Source of the DNA: a candidate division WOR-3 bacterium
GTDB lineage: Bacteria; Hydrothermota; Hydrothermia; Hydrothermales; Hydrothermaceae
Reading direction: 5' to 3'
Length of the DNA: 15,925 nt
Assembly: GCA_039803745.1 (NCBI GenBank)
Contig: JBDRZD010000042.1
Location: 1 to 15,925, forward strand
The notes beneath the pieces were generated by a model. It ran no database searches. It saw only the letters and a program-made list of their open reading frames with translations, and was not told where the DNA came from. Numbering within the stretch: the first letter of the stretch is position 1; each line of letters starts with the position of its first letter. The translations under genes and the position numbers were made by a program. Shown piece after piece: positions 1 to 8,404 of the stretch.

Positions 1-600
1 ATAATATCTCTTGGTTTTTCAGGAGATCCAATTGCAGGTGGTGTAAGTTTTAAAATAGGATTTGAAAAGGGATTAAGAGCACATTTGATAATGTATTTAG
101 ATAATGGAGAAGTATTTGTTGACTCTCTGAAAGAAATATATCACCCCGAACCAGGATATACAGAAACAGTGTATAGAGAAAATTTCTGGAGACCTTATTT
201 TAAGATAAATACTGAAATAAGAACAGAATATACTTTTACAAAAAAGGATTGGTTTAAACCTTATATTGGAATGGGATTCGGAATTAAAAATGAAAAAAAT
301 TGGGATACAAGATGTGAGCGAGAAGATACAATTTGGACATGTACACCTGAAAAGGTTAAGAAAAATTTTTTAGGATTAGGAATTATTGGAGGTATTGAAT
401 TCTTTCCATTAGAAATAATCTCAAAATTTTTAAAGCGTGAAATTTCTTTTGCATCTACTATTTCTTTTGATGTTGAAATTGTTGGATATCATTTTTTAAT
501 ACACAAATCTAAAGGAATGATTCTTGATTGGTGGGAATGGGAGTATAAAAGGAAATTCACAGGTTTGGAATTAAGCGGAGGTATCCATTTTAATTTTTAA
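1..600 (+). CDS. Outer-membrane beta-barrel-like protein, 5'-truncated by the window edge
   Basis: Frame is open from base 1 (IISLGFSGDPIAGGVSFKIGFEKGLRAHL...), so the listed start at 85 is not the true start. It has amphipathic strand motifs (FKPYIGMGFG, GIIGGIEFF) and ends in a beta-signal-like GGIHFNF with terminal Phe. Confidence 0.6.
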   Translation: MISLGFSGDPIAGGVSFKIGFEKGLRAHLIMYLDNGEVFVDSLKEIYHPEPGYTETVYRENFWRPYFKINTEIRTEYTFTKKDWFKPYIGMGFGIKNEKNWDTRCEREDTIWTCTPEKVKKNFLGLGIIGGIEFFPLEIISKFLKREISFASTISFDVEIVGYHFLIHKSKGMILDWWEWEYKRKFTGLELSGGIHFNF

Positions 601-631
601 ATCAAATTCCTTTAAAATAAATTCCTTAATT

Positions 632-705
632 GCCCCCGTAGCTCAGGAGGATAGAGCGGCGGTTTCCTAAACCGCAGGCCGGGTGTTCAAGTCACCCCGG
701 GGGCA
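632..705 (+). tRNA. tRNA-Arg, anticodon CCT (reads AGG); 3' CCA not encoded
   Basis: Acceptor stem GCCCCCG(632-638)/CGGGGGC(698-704) with discriminator A705. D-stem GCTC/GAGC, anticodon stem GCGGT/ACCGC with loop TT-CCT-AA (CCT at 666-668), T-arm GGGTG-TTCAAGT-CACCC. Confidence 0.97.
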
Positions 706-2013
706 TTATTTAGATACATAAAAAAGGTGCGGAATTAATTTTCTTTCCCATGCCTCTTTTTCAAGTTCTTCCCTGAATTTTGGATGGGCAATCTCAATTA
801 ATGCCCTTGCCCTTTCTTTAAGTGGTTTACCCCATAAATGAGCAACCCCGTATTCTGTAACAACATAATGGACATCTGCTCTTGTTGTTACAACTCCTGC
901 TCCTTTCTTTAAATATGGAACAATCCTTGAAACTTCACCCCCTTTTGCAGTAGAAGGTAATGCAATAACCGGTTTTCCATATTTTGCCCTTGCTGCTCCT
1001 CTTATGAAATCCAATTGTCCACCAAATCCTGAATATATGTATGTCCCTATTGAATCAGAACAAACCTGCCCTGTTAGGTCAACCTCTATTGCGGAATTAA
1101 TTGCCACAATGTTCTCATTCTGGGAAATTACAAAAGGATCGTTAACATATTCAACAGGATGAAGTTCAAAAATTGGGTTATCATTCACAAAATCATAGAG
1201 TTTTCTTGTCCCCAGAATGAAAGTGCATATAACCTTGCCTTTATGAATTGTCTTTTTTGCACCTGTTATAACCCCTGTTTCTATCAGTTTCATCACACCA
1301 TCTGAAATCATTTCAGTATGAATTCCGAGGTCTTTTTTATCTTTCATATAAAATAAAACGGCATTTGGTATCCCACCAATACCAAGTTGTAATGTGGCTC
1401 CATCTTCAATTAAATCCGCTACATATCTACCAATTTTTTCCTCAACTTCTGTAAAACTACCCTCTTCAAGTTCCGGTAAGAAATCTTCTACTTCAACTAT
1501 ATAATCAACTTTTGAGATATGAACAAAGGAATCACCAAGTGTTCTTGGCATATTAGGATTAACCTGCGCAATAACAAGTTTTGACCTTTCAAGTGCTGCC
1601 TTTGTCGCTATTACCTCTACTCCTAAAGATAAAAATCCATGTTCATCAGGAGGCGAAGTATGTAAGAATGTTACATTTATATCAATTATCCCGCTTCTTA
1701 TTGCCTTTGGAATTTCATGAAGATGTATAGGAACTGCATCTGATTCACCTTTATTTACAGCCTCCCTATCACCAGGACCTACAAAAAGGCTAACATGCCT
1801 TATTTTGCCTTTTTTATCTTTAAAAGGGTCCTCTCCCATTAAAAGAACATGGTATATTTTAACATCTTCTAAATCATCCCTTCTGGCTAAAGCATTTAAA
1901 AGAGTAAATGGTGTTGCTGCATTACCTGGCACATAAATTCTATCACCACTTTTTATAAAAGAAATTGCCTTCTCCACAGAAATTTTTTTCTTATGATAAA
2001 TATCTGTTACCAT
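706..2013 (-). CDS. Acetyl-CoA hydrolase/transferase family protein (4-hydroxybutyrate CoA-transferase Cat2/AbfT-like)
   Basis: Motifs TLQLGIGGIP, LGIHTEM (catalytic Glu), INSAIEVDLTGQV, SGFGGQLDF, VVTEYG, IAHPKFR. SD AGGAGG at 2018-2023 (minus). Confidence 0.9.
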   Translation of the reverse strand: MVTDIYHKKKISVEKAISFIKSGDRIYVPGNAATPFTLLNALARRDDLEDVKIYHVLLMGEDPFKDKKGKIRHVSLFVGPGDREAVNKGESDAVPIHLHEIPKAIRSGIIDINVTFLHTSPPDEHGFLSLGVEVIATKAALERSKLVIAQVNPNMPRTLGDSFVHISKVDYIVEVEDFLPELEEGSFTEVEEKIGRYVADLIEDGATLQLGIGGIPNAVLFYMKDKKDLGIHTEMISDGVMKLIETGVITGAKKTIHKGKVICTFILGTRKLYDFVNDNPIFELHPVEYVNDPFVISQNENIVAINSAIEVDLTGQVCSDSIGTYIYSGFGGQLDFIRGAARAKYGKPVIALPSTAKGGEVSRIVPYLKKGAGVVTTRADVHYVVTEYGVAHLWGKPLKERARALIEIAHPKFREELEKEAWERKLIPHLFYVSK

Positions 2014-2021
2014 CTTACCTC

Positions 2022-3137
2022 CTAAATTTTTATTTCTTCAACTGGGAATCCTTCTGCCCATGTGTATTTTCTTATAAATTTTCCATTTTTTATATATGTT
2101 CCTTTATAAATTGCAGGATTCTCAAAAATTGTTTTTTCTATACCTTTTTTTGCCATTTCTTTTAAATATGGAATAATCGCATTATTTATACCATGAGAAG
2201 CAGTTCTTGCAACAAAGGAAGGAACATTTGGAACACAGAAATGTATAATACCTTCTTCTTTATAAACATAGGTTTCATCAGGGGTCGGCCTTGATGTCTC
2301 TGAACATCCTCCTCTATCAATTGAAAAATCTATAAAAACACCTCCATCCCTCATTTTCTTCAGCATCTCTCTTTTAATAACAATCGGAGCCCTTTCACCG
2401 GGAATCTGAACCGCTCCAATTAAAACTTCAGCAAAAGAGACAAATTTTTCAATATTTTTGGCTGTTGCATAAGCAGTTATAACTCTTCCATCAAAAAGCA
2501 AATCAATTTCTTCGAGCCTTCTTGTATTTACATCAAGAATATAAACAGTAGCACCAAGCCCAAGGAAACTCCTCGCTGCATAATATCCAAGTGTTCCACC
2601 TCCAACAATAACAACATCAGCAGGGGGTATCCCTGTTAATCCACCTATTAAAATTCCGAGACCGCCTCTTGTTATTTCTAAATATCTCCCAGCAATCTGA
2701 GGGGCAAGTTTTCCTGCTATCTCAGAAGAAATTCTTAAAACTGGATAAATCCCCTTTTCTTCAATTCCTTCAAAACCTATTACTGTTAATTTTTTCTGTA
2801 TATATTTTTCAATAATCTTTTTTGGTACTATAAAAATATCTTGAAAGGAAAATACCGTTTGTCCCTCAGAAAGTAAATCGATTTCTTCTTCCTTTGGAGG
2901 GCTTATTTTAAGCACAATATCTCCTCTTTTAAAAGCCTCTTCCTTTGAAAAAACTATTTGAGCACCTGCATGGGTATATTCTTCATCAGAAAACCCAAGG
3001 TCCTTTCCTGCATCTTTTTCAATATAAATTTTAACTCCATATTCATTTAATTCCTTTACACCTGCAGGTGTTAGTGGTACCCTCCTTTCAATTGAACCCC
3101 TATATCTCTCTTCCTTTGGTATTGAAATTGAAAGCAT
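2022..3137 (-). CDS. ald: Alanine dehydrogenase-like protein (AlaDH/PNT family) with a divergent active site
   Basis: Motifs IPKE..ERRVPLTPAGV, SEIAGKLA, GGLGILIGG, Rossmann VVIVGGGTLG, IGAVQIPG, IDRGGCSETSRPT, CVPNVP. SD AAGGAGGTG at 3140-3148 (minus). Canonical KVKEP and FLH motifs are altered (see findings). Confidence 0.8.
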   Translation of the reverse strand: MLSISIPKEERYRGSIERRVPLTPAGVKELNEYGVKIYIEKDAGKDLGFSDEEYTHAGAQIVFSKEEAFKRGDIVLKISPPKEEEIDLLSEGQTVFSFQDIFIVPKKIIEKYIQKKLTVIGFEGIEEKGIYPVLRISSEIAGKLAPQIAGRYLEITRGGLGILIGGLTGIPPADVVIVGGGTLGYYAARSFLGLGATVYILDVNTRRLEEIDLLFDGRVITAYATAKNIEKFVSFAEVLIGAVQIPGERAPIVIKREMLKKMRDGGVFIDFSIDRGGCSETSRPTPDETYVYKEEGIIHFCVPNVPSFVARTASHGINNAIIPYLKEMAKKGIEKTIFENPAIYKGTYIKNGKFIRKYTWAEGFPVEEIKI

Positions 3138-3160
3138 ATCACCTCCTTATGAAGTTATAA

Positions 3161-3190
3161 ATTATAATAGATTGATTGAATATTTTGTAA
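3161..3190 (-). promoter_or_regulatory. Putative sigma70 promoter for the ald-like/CoA-transferase operon
   Basis: Minus-strand TATAAT at 3161-3166 and a weak -35 TTACAA at 3185-3190 (18-nt spacer), upstream of the SD. Confidence 0.45.
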
Positions 3191-3205
3191 TCAGGAGTTT
3201 ATAAT
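3176..3205 (+). promoter_or_regulatory. Putative sigma70 promoter for eno, likely giving a leaderless transcript
   Basis: TTGAAT (3176-3181), 18 nt, TATAAT (3200-3205), 6 nt, ATG (3212). Confidence 0.6.
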
Positions 3206-3211
3206 TTAACT

Positions 3212-4492
3212 ATGAAACCAATAATTAAAGATATTTATGCATTGGAAATTTTTGATTCAAGAGGTAATCCAACTCTAAAGGTTTTCTGTGAGCTTGAGAA
3301 TGGAATAAAAGGAAGTGCCTGTATTCCTTCAGGTGCATCAACTGGAAAATATGAGGCACTTGAATTAAGGGATAATGATAAAAAAAGGTTTCTTGGAAAA
3401 GGTGTTTTAAAGGCAATAAAAAATATTGAAGAAAAAATTGCACCAAAATTAAAAGGAATGGATGCCTCAAATCAAAGAGAAATAGATTATTTATTGATTG
3501 AACTTGATGGGACAGAAAATAAAACAAACCTTGGTGCAAATGCAATTTTAGGAGTTTCATTAGCCTGTGCGAGAGCATCAGCCCTTTTTTACAATTTACC
3601 TCTTTATAAATATCTTGGTGGATTAAATGCCTGTATTTTACCAATACCTCTTTTAAATATAATAAATGGAGGGGTTCATGCTGATAATCCACTTGATATA
3701 CAGGAATTCATGATAGTTCCTCATGGATTTGAATCTTTTAAAGAGGCAATAAGATGTGCTTCTGAAGTATTTCATAACCTAAAATCAATTTTGAAGGAAA
3801 ACAAATTAGGAGTATCTGTTGGGGATGAAGGTGGATTTGCACCTCAAATTGAAAATACCGAAGAAGCAATAAAATTTATAATTAGAGCAATAGAGAAAGC
3901 AGGATATAAACCTTCTGAAGAGGTTTCATTAGCACTTGACTGTGCAGCATCTGAATTTTTTGATGAAGAAAAAGAGATTTATAAAATTGAAGGTAAAGAA
4001 TTAAAAAGAGAGGAACTTATATCCTTTTACGAAAATCTTGTTAATAAATACCCAATTGTTTTAATAGAAGACGGAATGGCAGAAGAAGATTGGGAAGGAT
4101 GGAAGATGTTAACAGAAAGACTTGGGAAAAAGATTTTGCTTGTTGGAGACGATGTGTTTGTAACAAATAAAAAAAGGATTGAAAAAGGGATAAAAGAAAA
4201 ATGTGCTAATGCAGTTTTAATAAAATTAAATCAAATAGGAACTTTAACCGAAACGCAAGAAGCAATTCATCTTTCCCATAAAAATAATTATAAAACAGTT
4301 GTATCACATAGATCTGGTGAAACAGAAGATACATTTATTGCTGATTTTGCAGTTGCAATGGGAACAGGTTTTATAAAGACAGGTTCTGTATCAAGAAGCG
4401 AAAGAACAGCAAAATATAACAGGTTAATTGAAATAGAAACAGAAATAAAGAATTCGATTTATCCTGGGACAGAGTTCTTAAAAGTGAAATGA
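3212..4492 (+). CDS. eno: Enolase (phosphopyruvate hydratase)
   Basis: Motifs [68 protein letters not shown]. Confidence 0.99.
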   Translation: MKPIIKDIYALEIFDSRGNPTLKVFCELENGIKGSACIPSGASTGKYEALELRDNDKKRFLGKGVLKAIKNIEEKIAPKLKGMDASNQREIDYLLIELDGTENKTNLGANAILGVSLACARASALFYNLPLYKYLGGLNACILPIPLLNIINGGVHADNPLDIQEFMIVPHGFESFKEAIRCASEVFHNLKSILKENKLGVSVGDEGGFAPQIENTEEAIKFIIRAIEKAGYKPSEEVSLALDCAASEFFDEEKEIYKIEGKELKREELISFYENLVNKYPIVLIEDGMAEEDWEGWKMLTERLGKKILLVGDDVFVTNKKRIEKGIKEKCANAVLIKLNQIGTLTETQEAIHLSHKNNYKTVVSHRSGETEDTFIADFAVAMGTGFIKTGSVSRSERTAKYNRLIEIETEIKNSIYPGTEFLKVK

Positions 4493-4764
4493 GAAAAATT
4501 TTAAAGTTATTCTATTTAATTTTTGTCTTAATTTTGCTATGGAATCTTTTTTTTGATAAAAGAGGAATAATAAGTTATATAAAACTTCAAAAAAATAAAA
4601 ATGAACTTATCCAGAAAATAGAGGAACTTAAAGCAAGAAAAATTGTGTTAATCCATAAGAAAAATTTTATCCAAAGTAGCGAAGGGCTTAAAGTTTTGCT
4701 TGCTTTAAGATGTGGAAAAATTCAAATTTTAAAGGAGGAAAAAATTGGCAGCAAAAATAATTGA
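4489..4764 (+). CDS. ftsB: Septum formation initiator (FtsB/DivIC-like)
   Basis: Short basic N-terminus, one TM helix, 'FDKRGIISY' then a coiled coil. ATGA overlap with the eno stop, and eno-ftsB synteny is common. The C-terminal motif is degenerate. Confidence 0.7.
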   Translation: MRKILKLFYLIFVLILLWNLFFDKRGIISYIKLQKNKNELIQKIEELKARKIVLIHKKNFIQSSEGLKVLLALRCGKIQILKEEKIGSKNN

Positions 4765-5635
4765 TGGTAAAGAGGTATCAAATTTTATTTTAGAAAATTT
4801 AAAAAAAGAGGTTGAAAGATTAAAGGAAAAAGGAATTATACCAACTTTAAAGATATTTCTTGTAGGAGAAAATCCTGCATCAGTTGTATATGTTGGAAAT
4901 AAAGAAAAATCATCAAAAAGTATAGGAATTGATGCAGAAGTTTTAAAATATGATGAAAAAATAACTGAAAAAGAACTCATTGAAGAAATAGATAAACTCA
5001 ATAAAGATAAAAGTGTAAATGGTATAATAGTTCAGCTTCCTTTACCCTCACATATAGATGAAGATAGAGTTTCAATTTCAATTTCCCCTGAAAAAGATGT
5101 TGATGGATTCCATCCGTATAATTTAGGGATGCTTTTACGCGGAACACCTACCCTTCTACCTGCCACACCTTATGGAATTTTAGAACTTTTAAAATATTAC
5201 AATATACAAACTGAAGGAAAACATGTAGTTGTTGTTGGAAGAAGTAATATTGTTGGAAAACCTGCAGCAGTTATATTTCTTTTAAAGGATAAATTTGGGA
5301 ATGCAACTGTTACTGTTTGCCATTCAAAATCTAAAAATCTTGAAGATTATACAAGGCAAGCAGACATTCTTATAGTTGCTGCAGGACAGCACCATTTAAT
5401 TTCAAAGGATATGGTAAAAGAAGGTGCAGTTGTTATTGATGTTGGAATTCATAGAATAGATGACCCTACAAAAAAATCAGGATACAGACTTGAAGGTGAT
5501 GTTAATTTCTCTGAAGTTAAAGAAATTGCTTCCTATATTACACCTGTTCCAGGTGGTGTGGGTCCTATGACTGTTGCAATGCTTTTAAAAAATGTTATAA
5601 AGGCAACAAAAGCACAGAATGGAATCCCTGATTGA
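4745..5635 (+). CDS. folD: Bifunctional methylenetetrahydrofolate dehydrogenase/cyclohydrolase
   Basis: Motifs IIDGK, GIIVQLPLP, EKDVDGFHP, VVGRSNIVGKP, TVTVCHS, VIDVGI, ITPVPGGVGPMT. TTG start with SD AGGAGG at 4733-4738. Confidence 0.98.
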   Translation: MAAKIIDGKEVSNFILENLKKEVERLKEKGIIPTLKIFLVGENPASVVYVGNKEKSSKSIGIDAEVLKYDEKITEKELIEEIDKLNKDKSVNGIIVQLPLPSHIDEDRVSISISPEKDVDGFHPYNLGMLLRGTPTLLPATPYGILELLKYYNIQTEGKHVVVVGRSNIVGKPAAVIFLLKDKFGNATVTVCHSKSKNLEDYTRQADILIVAAGQHHLISKDMVKEGAVVIDVGIHRIDDPTKKSGYRLEGDVNFSEVKEIASYITPVPGGVGPMTVAMLLKNVIKATKAQNGIPD

Positions 5636-6674
5636 GATATTAAAGCCTGTTTTCGAGATAGAAAATATCAAAAAAACAAAAAGAGGTATTTTCTTTATAG
5701 GAAATTTCACAGCAGAAGAAAATTATGCAATAGAATACATAAAGGAAAATTTTAAAACATTAGGAGCTATTCCATCCTTTTCAAGAGACAATAATAAAAT
5801 TGAGATAGGTGTTTTCCCGCTTGTAAAAGAAACAAAGATAGATTTTTTAACCCCTGCAATTTTATTTTCTCTTACAATTCTTACAACCTTATTTGCAGGA
5901 AGCATTCAGGCAGGAGCAAACCCATTTAAAAATCCCTATGATCTTTTAAAAGGAATACCTTTTTCATTTTCGCTTATGACAATATTACTTTTCCATGAAA
6001 TGGGACACTTTTTAACTTCAAGATATTTCAAAGTCCAGGCTTCCCCTCCCTATTTTTTACCTGTTCCCCATCCTCTTCTTGGAACATTTGGTGCCTTCAT
6101 AAAGATGAAATCACCTGTCCCGACAAGAAAGGCTTTGCTTTTTATAGGAAGTGCAGGTCCTTTAACAGGGTTTGCCATTGCATTACCAATAACAATTATA
6201 GGACTGAAATTTTCAAAACCTGTTTCTCTTGAGGAAGTTAAAGGTGCGTTATCCTTAGGAGACTCAATTATCTTTAAAATTCTTGCCTCAATATTTGCTC
6301 CTGAAGCAGGAAAAGGAAAAGATCTACTTTTACATCCAATGGCATTTGCAGGATGGATTGGGATGTGGGTAACAGCACTTAACTTACTTCCCCTTTCCCA
6401 ACTTGATGGAGGCCATATAATTTATTCTCTAATAGGTAAAAAATCTAAATATGTTGCAATGATTACAATTTTAATAATGCTTTTCCTTGGACTCTTATGG
6501 CCTGGCTGGATTTTATGGGCAATAATCCCGCTTTTTCTCGGACTTGACCATCCCCCACCCTTAGATGGACTTAAACCTATTGGAAAAAAAGAAAAAATAA
6601 TCAGCTTTTTATGTTTTTTAGTTTTTATATTAACTTTTATTCCTTCCCCTTTTAATGTAGTAAATATAAAATAA
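5619..6674 (+). CDS. Site-2 protease family (peptidase M50) membrane zinc metalloprotease
   Basis: HExxH (HEMGH), GTFGAFI, AGPLTG and NLLPLSQLDGGH motifs; multiple TM helices; overlaps the folD end. Confidence 0.92.
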   Translation: MESLIEILKPVFEIENIKKTKRGIFFIGNFTAEENYAIEYIKENFKTLGAIPSFSRDNNKIEIGVFPLVKETKIDFLTPAILFSLTILTTLFAGSIQAGANPFKNPYDLLKGIPFSFSLMTILLFHEMGHFLTSRYFKVQASPPYFLPVPHPLLGTFGAFIKMKSPVPTRKALLFIGSAGPLTGFAIALPITIIGLKFSKPVSLEEVKGALSLGDSIIFKILASIFAPEAGKGKDLLLHPMAFAGWIGMWVTALNLLPLSQLDGGHIIYSLIGKKSKYVAMITILIMLFLGLLWPGWILWAIIPLFLGLDHPPPLDGLKPIGKKEKIISFLCFLVFILTFIPSPFNVVNIK

Positions 6675-6676
6675 AA

Positions 6677-7183
6677 TTAAAAAGCGATTGTTTTCAATAT
6701 TTTTTCTTTCAAATTTGCAATTTCATCAGTAGGAATATATTTTTCAAGTATATCCACAATTTCCTGAGAAGTGATTGATAGTCTTTTTGATTCAAGTTTT
6801 AAAAGTTCAAATAGAAAAAGAACAGCACCCCTTTTCCCTTCCATTATTTTCTTTTTAAGAACATCACCATCAATTCTTAGTACTTCCATATCTGTTTTTG
6901 CCTTTAAAGTTGCACTTCTTTTCTCACCTAATATCCATGCAATTTCCCCTACAATATTACCTTCCTCAACTTCTGCAATTTTAAATTCTTTCTCCTTTCC
7001 TTTTTTTATTATTTCTCCTTTACCCTTTTTTATAATATAAAGATCAGCACCATATGAACCTTCTTTAAAAAGAATTTCTCCCGGCTTTATTTTTAAAGAA
7101 AATGAAAATTCTAAAAATTCCTTTATCTCTTCCTCACTAAAATCTTTAAAGAAAGTAAATTTTTTTATTTCTTCTATCTTCAT
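6677..7183 (-). CDS. Stand-alone cyclic-nucleotide-binding domain protein (no HTH)
   Basis: cNMP beta-roll motifs FFKDF, PGEILFKEG, LYIIKKG and phosphate-binding cassette GNIVGEIAWILGEKRSATLKA. Only a helical tail follows. Confidence 0.88.
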   Translation of the reverse strand: MKIEEIKKFTFFKDFSEEEIKEFLEFSFSLKIKPGEILFKEGSYGADLYIIKKGKGEIIKKGKEKEFKIAEVEEGNIVGEIAWILGEKRSATLKAKTDMEVLRIDGDVLKKKIMEGKRGAVLFLFELLKLESKRLSITSQEIVDILEKYIPTDEIANLKEKILKTIAF

Positions 7184-7184
7184 T

Positions 7185-8351
7185 TTATATACCCTTCATT
7201 CCAATTAATTTCATTATTCTTCCAAGTGCTATCATATAAGAGGATTTTTTAATGGAAAGATTCTTAGCAATGCCTATTCCAAGGATATCTCTATAAACTT
7301 CAACCAATTTTTTCTTTACTTTTAAAAGGATTTCTTCATCTTTGATATTTTCCTTACCTTTTAAATGTTCCTCAAAGTAAATGGAATTTAAAATTCCTTT
7401 AATAAAAATATCAGGAAGAAGAGCAATATTTCTTTTGGCAAGCACTTCTTCTGCATGGGGTTCTACCCCAAAAAATTTCATCTCTATTACATATCTTGAA
7501 TTCAAAAAATCAGCCTTCTCTTTTTTTAAACTTTCAACAGATCCTGATATTATAAAAATATCACTTTCATAATTTATCATTTCTTCTTTTAAAATTCTTA
7601 TAAATTTTGACCTTATTTTATCTTCAACACTTAAATATCTTTCTTCCTCCATATCTATTATAAAATTTTTAACACCTTCTTGATAAAGTTTTTCAATAAG
7701 CAAATTAGAATATCTATCAAAACCATAAAATGTAACCCTTTTATCCTTTATCTTCTCTCCATAATCTTCAAGCATTGTTTCTATACCAAAAATCAACGCA
7801 TCACAGAAAATATTATCAATTTGTGAAAAACCGTATATAGAAGGTGGTTTTCCAAGAAGCTGGGTATAAGAGTTTAAACTTTTCCTTGAAATCTCATCAT
7901 ATAAAATCATCATTGACTCCTCATTAATTCCTTCACCTTTTACAAATAAAGAATTTTTAAAATAATCTGATTCAAAAATAATTTCAAATATGTTTTTAAA
8001 AATTATTTTTCTTTCCCATAAACTGTAATTATCTTCTGAAATTCCTATCTTTATACACATGCCACCAAAAGGAAAATCAAACAAAGAGTTGGAAAAAACA
8101 TTTAAAAAAGCAATAAGGGGAACTTCATGAAAATCTTCTTTTAAATAAATTTCACCAAAATAAGGACCTTTAATCTTTGATGCAAAAAATGCTTCCCAAT
8201 CAATTTTTACAAATTCGCCCCTCCTTCTTTCAAAAGGAAGAAAGAATTTTAAATAAGCATCTCCTTTCCCGATAAATTCAACAAATTTTTCTGAAATTCC
8301 TAAATTTTTTGCACTTACTTTTAAATAAAAATCTACATAATCTCTTTTCAT
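7185..8351 (-). CDS. Glu/Leu/Phe/Val dehydrogenase-fold protein, predicted catalytically inactive (pseudo-GDH)
   Basis: Colinear with GDH by eye: KGPYFGEI (GPxKGGI), FPFGGMC (LPFGGxKGG), LLGKP, KRVTFYGF (VAVQGFG), AEEVLAKRNIALLPDI (ADEIL..RGI.V.PDI), IYFE (SYFE), SSYMIALGRI (AAY..A..RV). Catalytic residues are substituted. Confidence 0.8.
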   Translation of the reverse strand: MKRDYVDFYLKVSAKNLGISEKFVEFIGKGDAYLKFFLPFERRRGEFVKIDWEAFFASKIKGPYFGEIYLKEDFHEVPLIAFLNVFSNSLFDFPFGGMCIKIGISEDNYSLWERKIIFKNIFEIIFESDYFKNSLFVKGEGINEESMMILYDEISRKSLNSYTQLLGKPPSIYGFSQIDNIFCDALIFGIETMLEDYGEKIKDKRVTFYGFDRYSNLLIEKLYQEGVKNFIIDMEEERYLSVEDKIRSKFIRILKEEMINYESDIFIISGSVESLKKEKADFLNSRYVIEMKFFGVEPHAEEVLAKRNIALLPDIFIKGILNSIYFEEHLKGKENIKDEEILLKVKKKLVEVYRDILGIGIAKNLSIKKSSYMIALGRIMKLIGMKGI

Positions 8352-8404
8352 TTTTATAATTTTAAAGCAATATAATAAAAGTCTTCAAACAAAAGGAGGA
8401 AGAG
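8352..8404. promoter_or_regulatory. Overlapping divergent promoters for pseudo-GDH (minus) and rocD (plus)
   Basis: Minus strand: TTGAAG (8383-8388), 18 nt, TAAAAT (8359-8364), 7 nt, ATG. Plus strand: TATAAT at 8355-8360 and 8371-8376, and SD AGGAGG at 8394-8399. Confidence 0.55.

Noticed and set aside
600..720. tRNA as an integration site of a genomic island
   Set aside because: No integrase, and no second copy of the tRNA 3' end seen in the window. The downstream genes are metabolic or housekeeping.
7185..8351. Calling the GDH-like ORF a pseudogene or an active gdhA
   Set aside because: There are no stops or frameshifts over the full length, so it is not a pseudogene. The catalytic lysines and GxGxxG are missing, so it cannot be supported as an active GDH.
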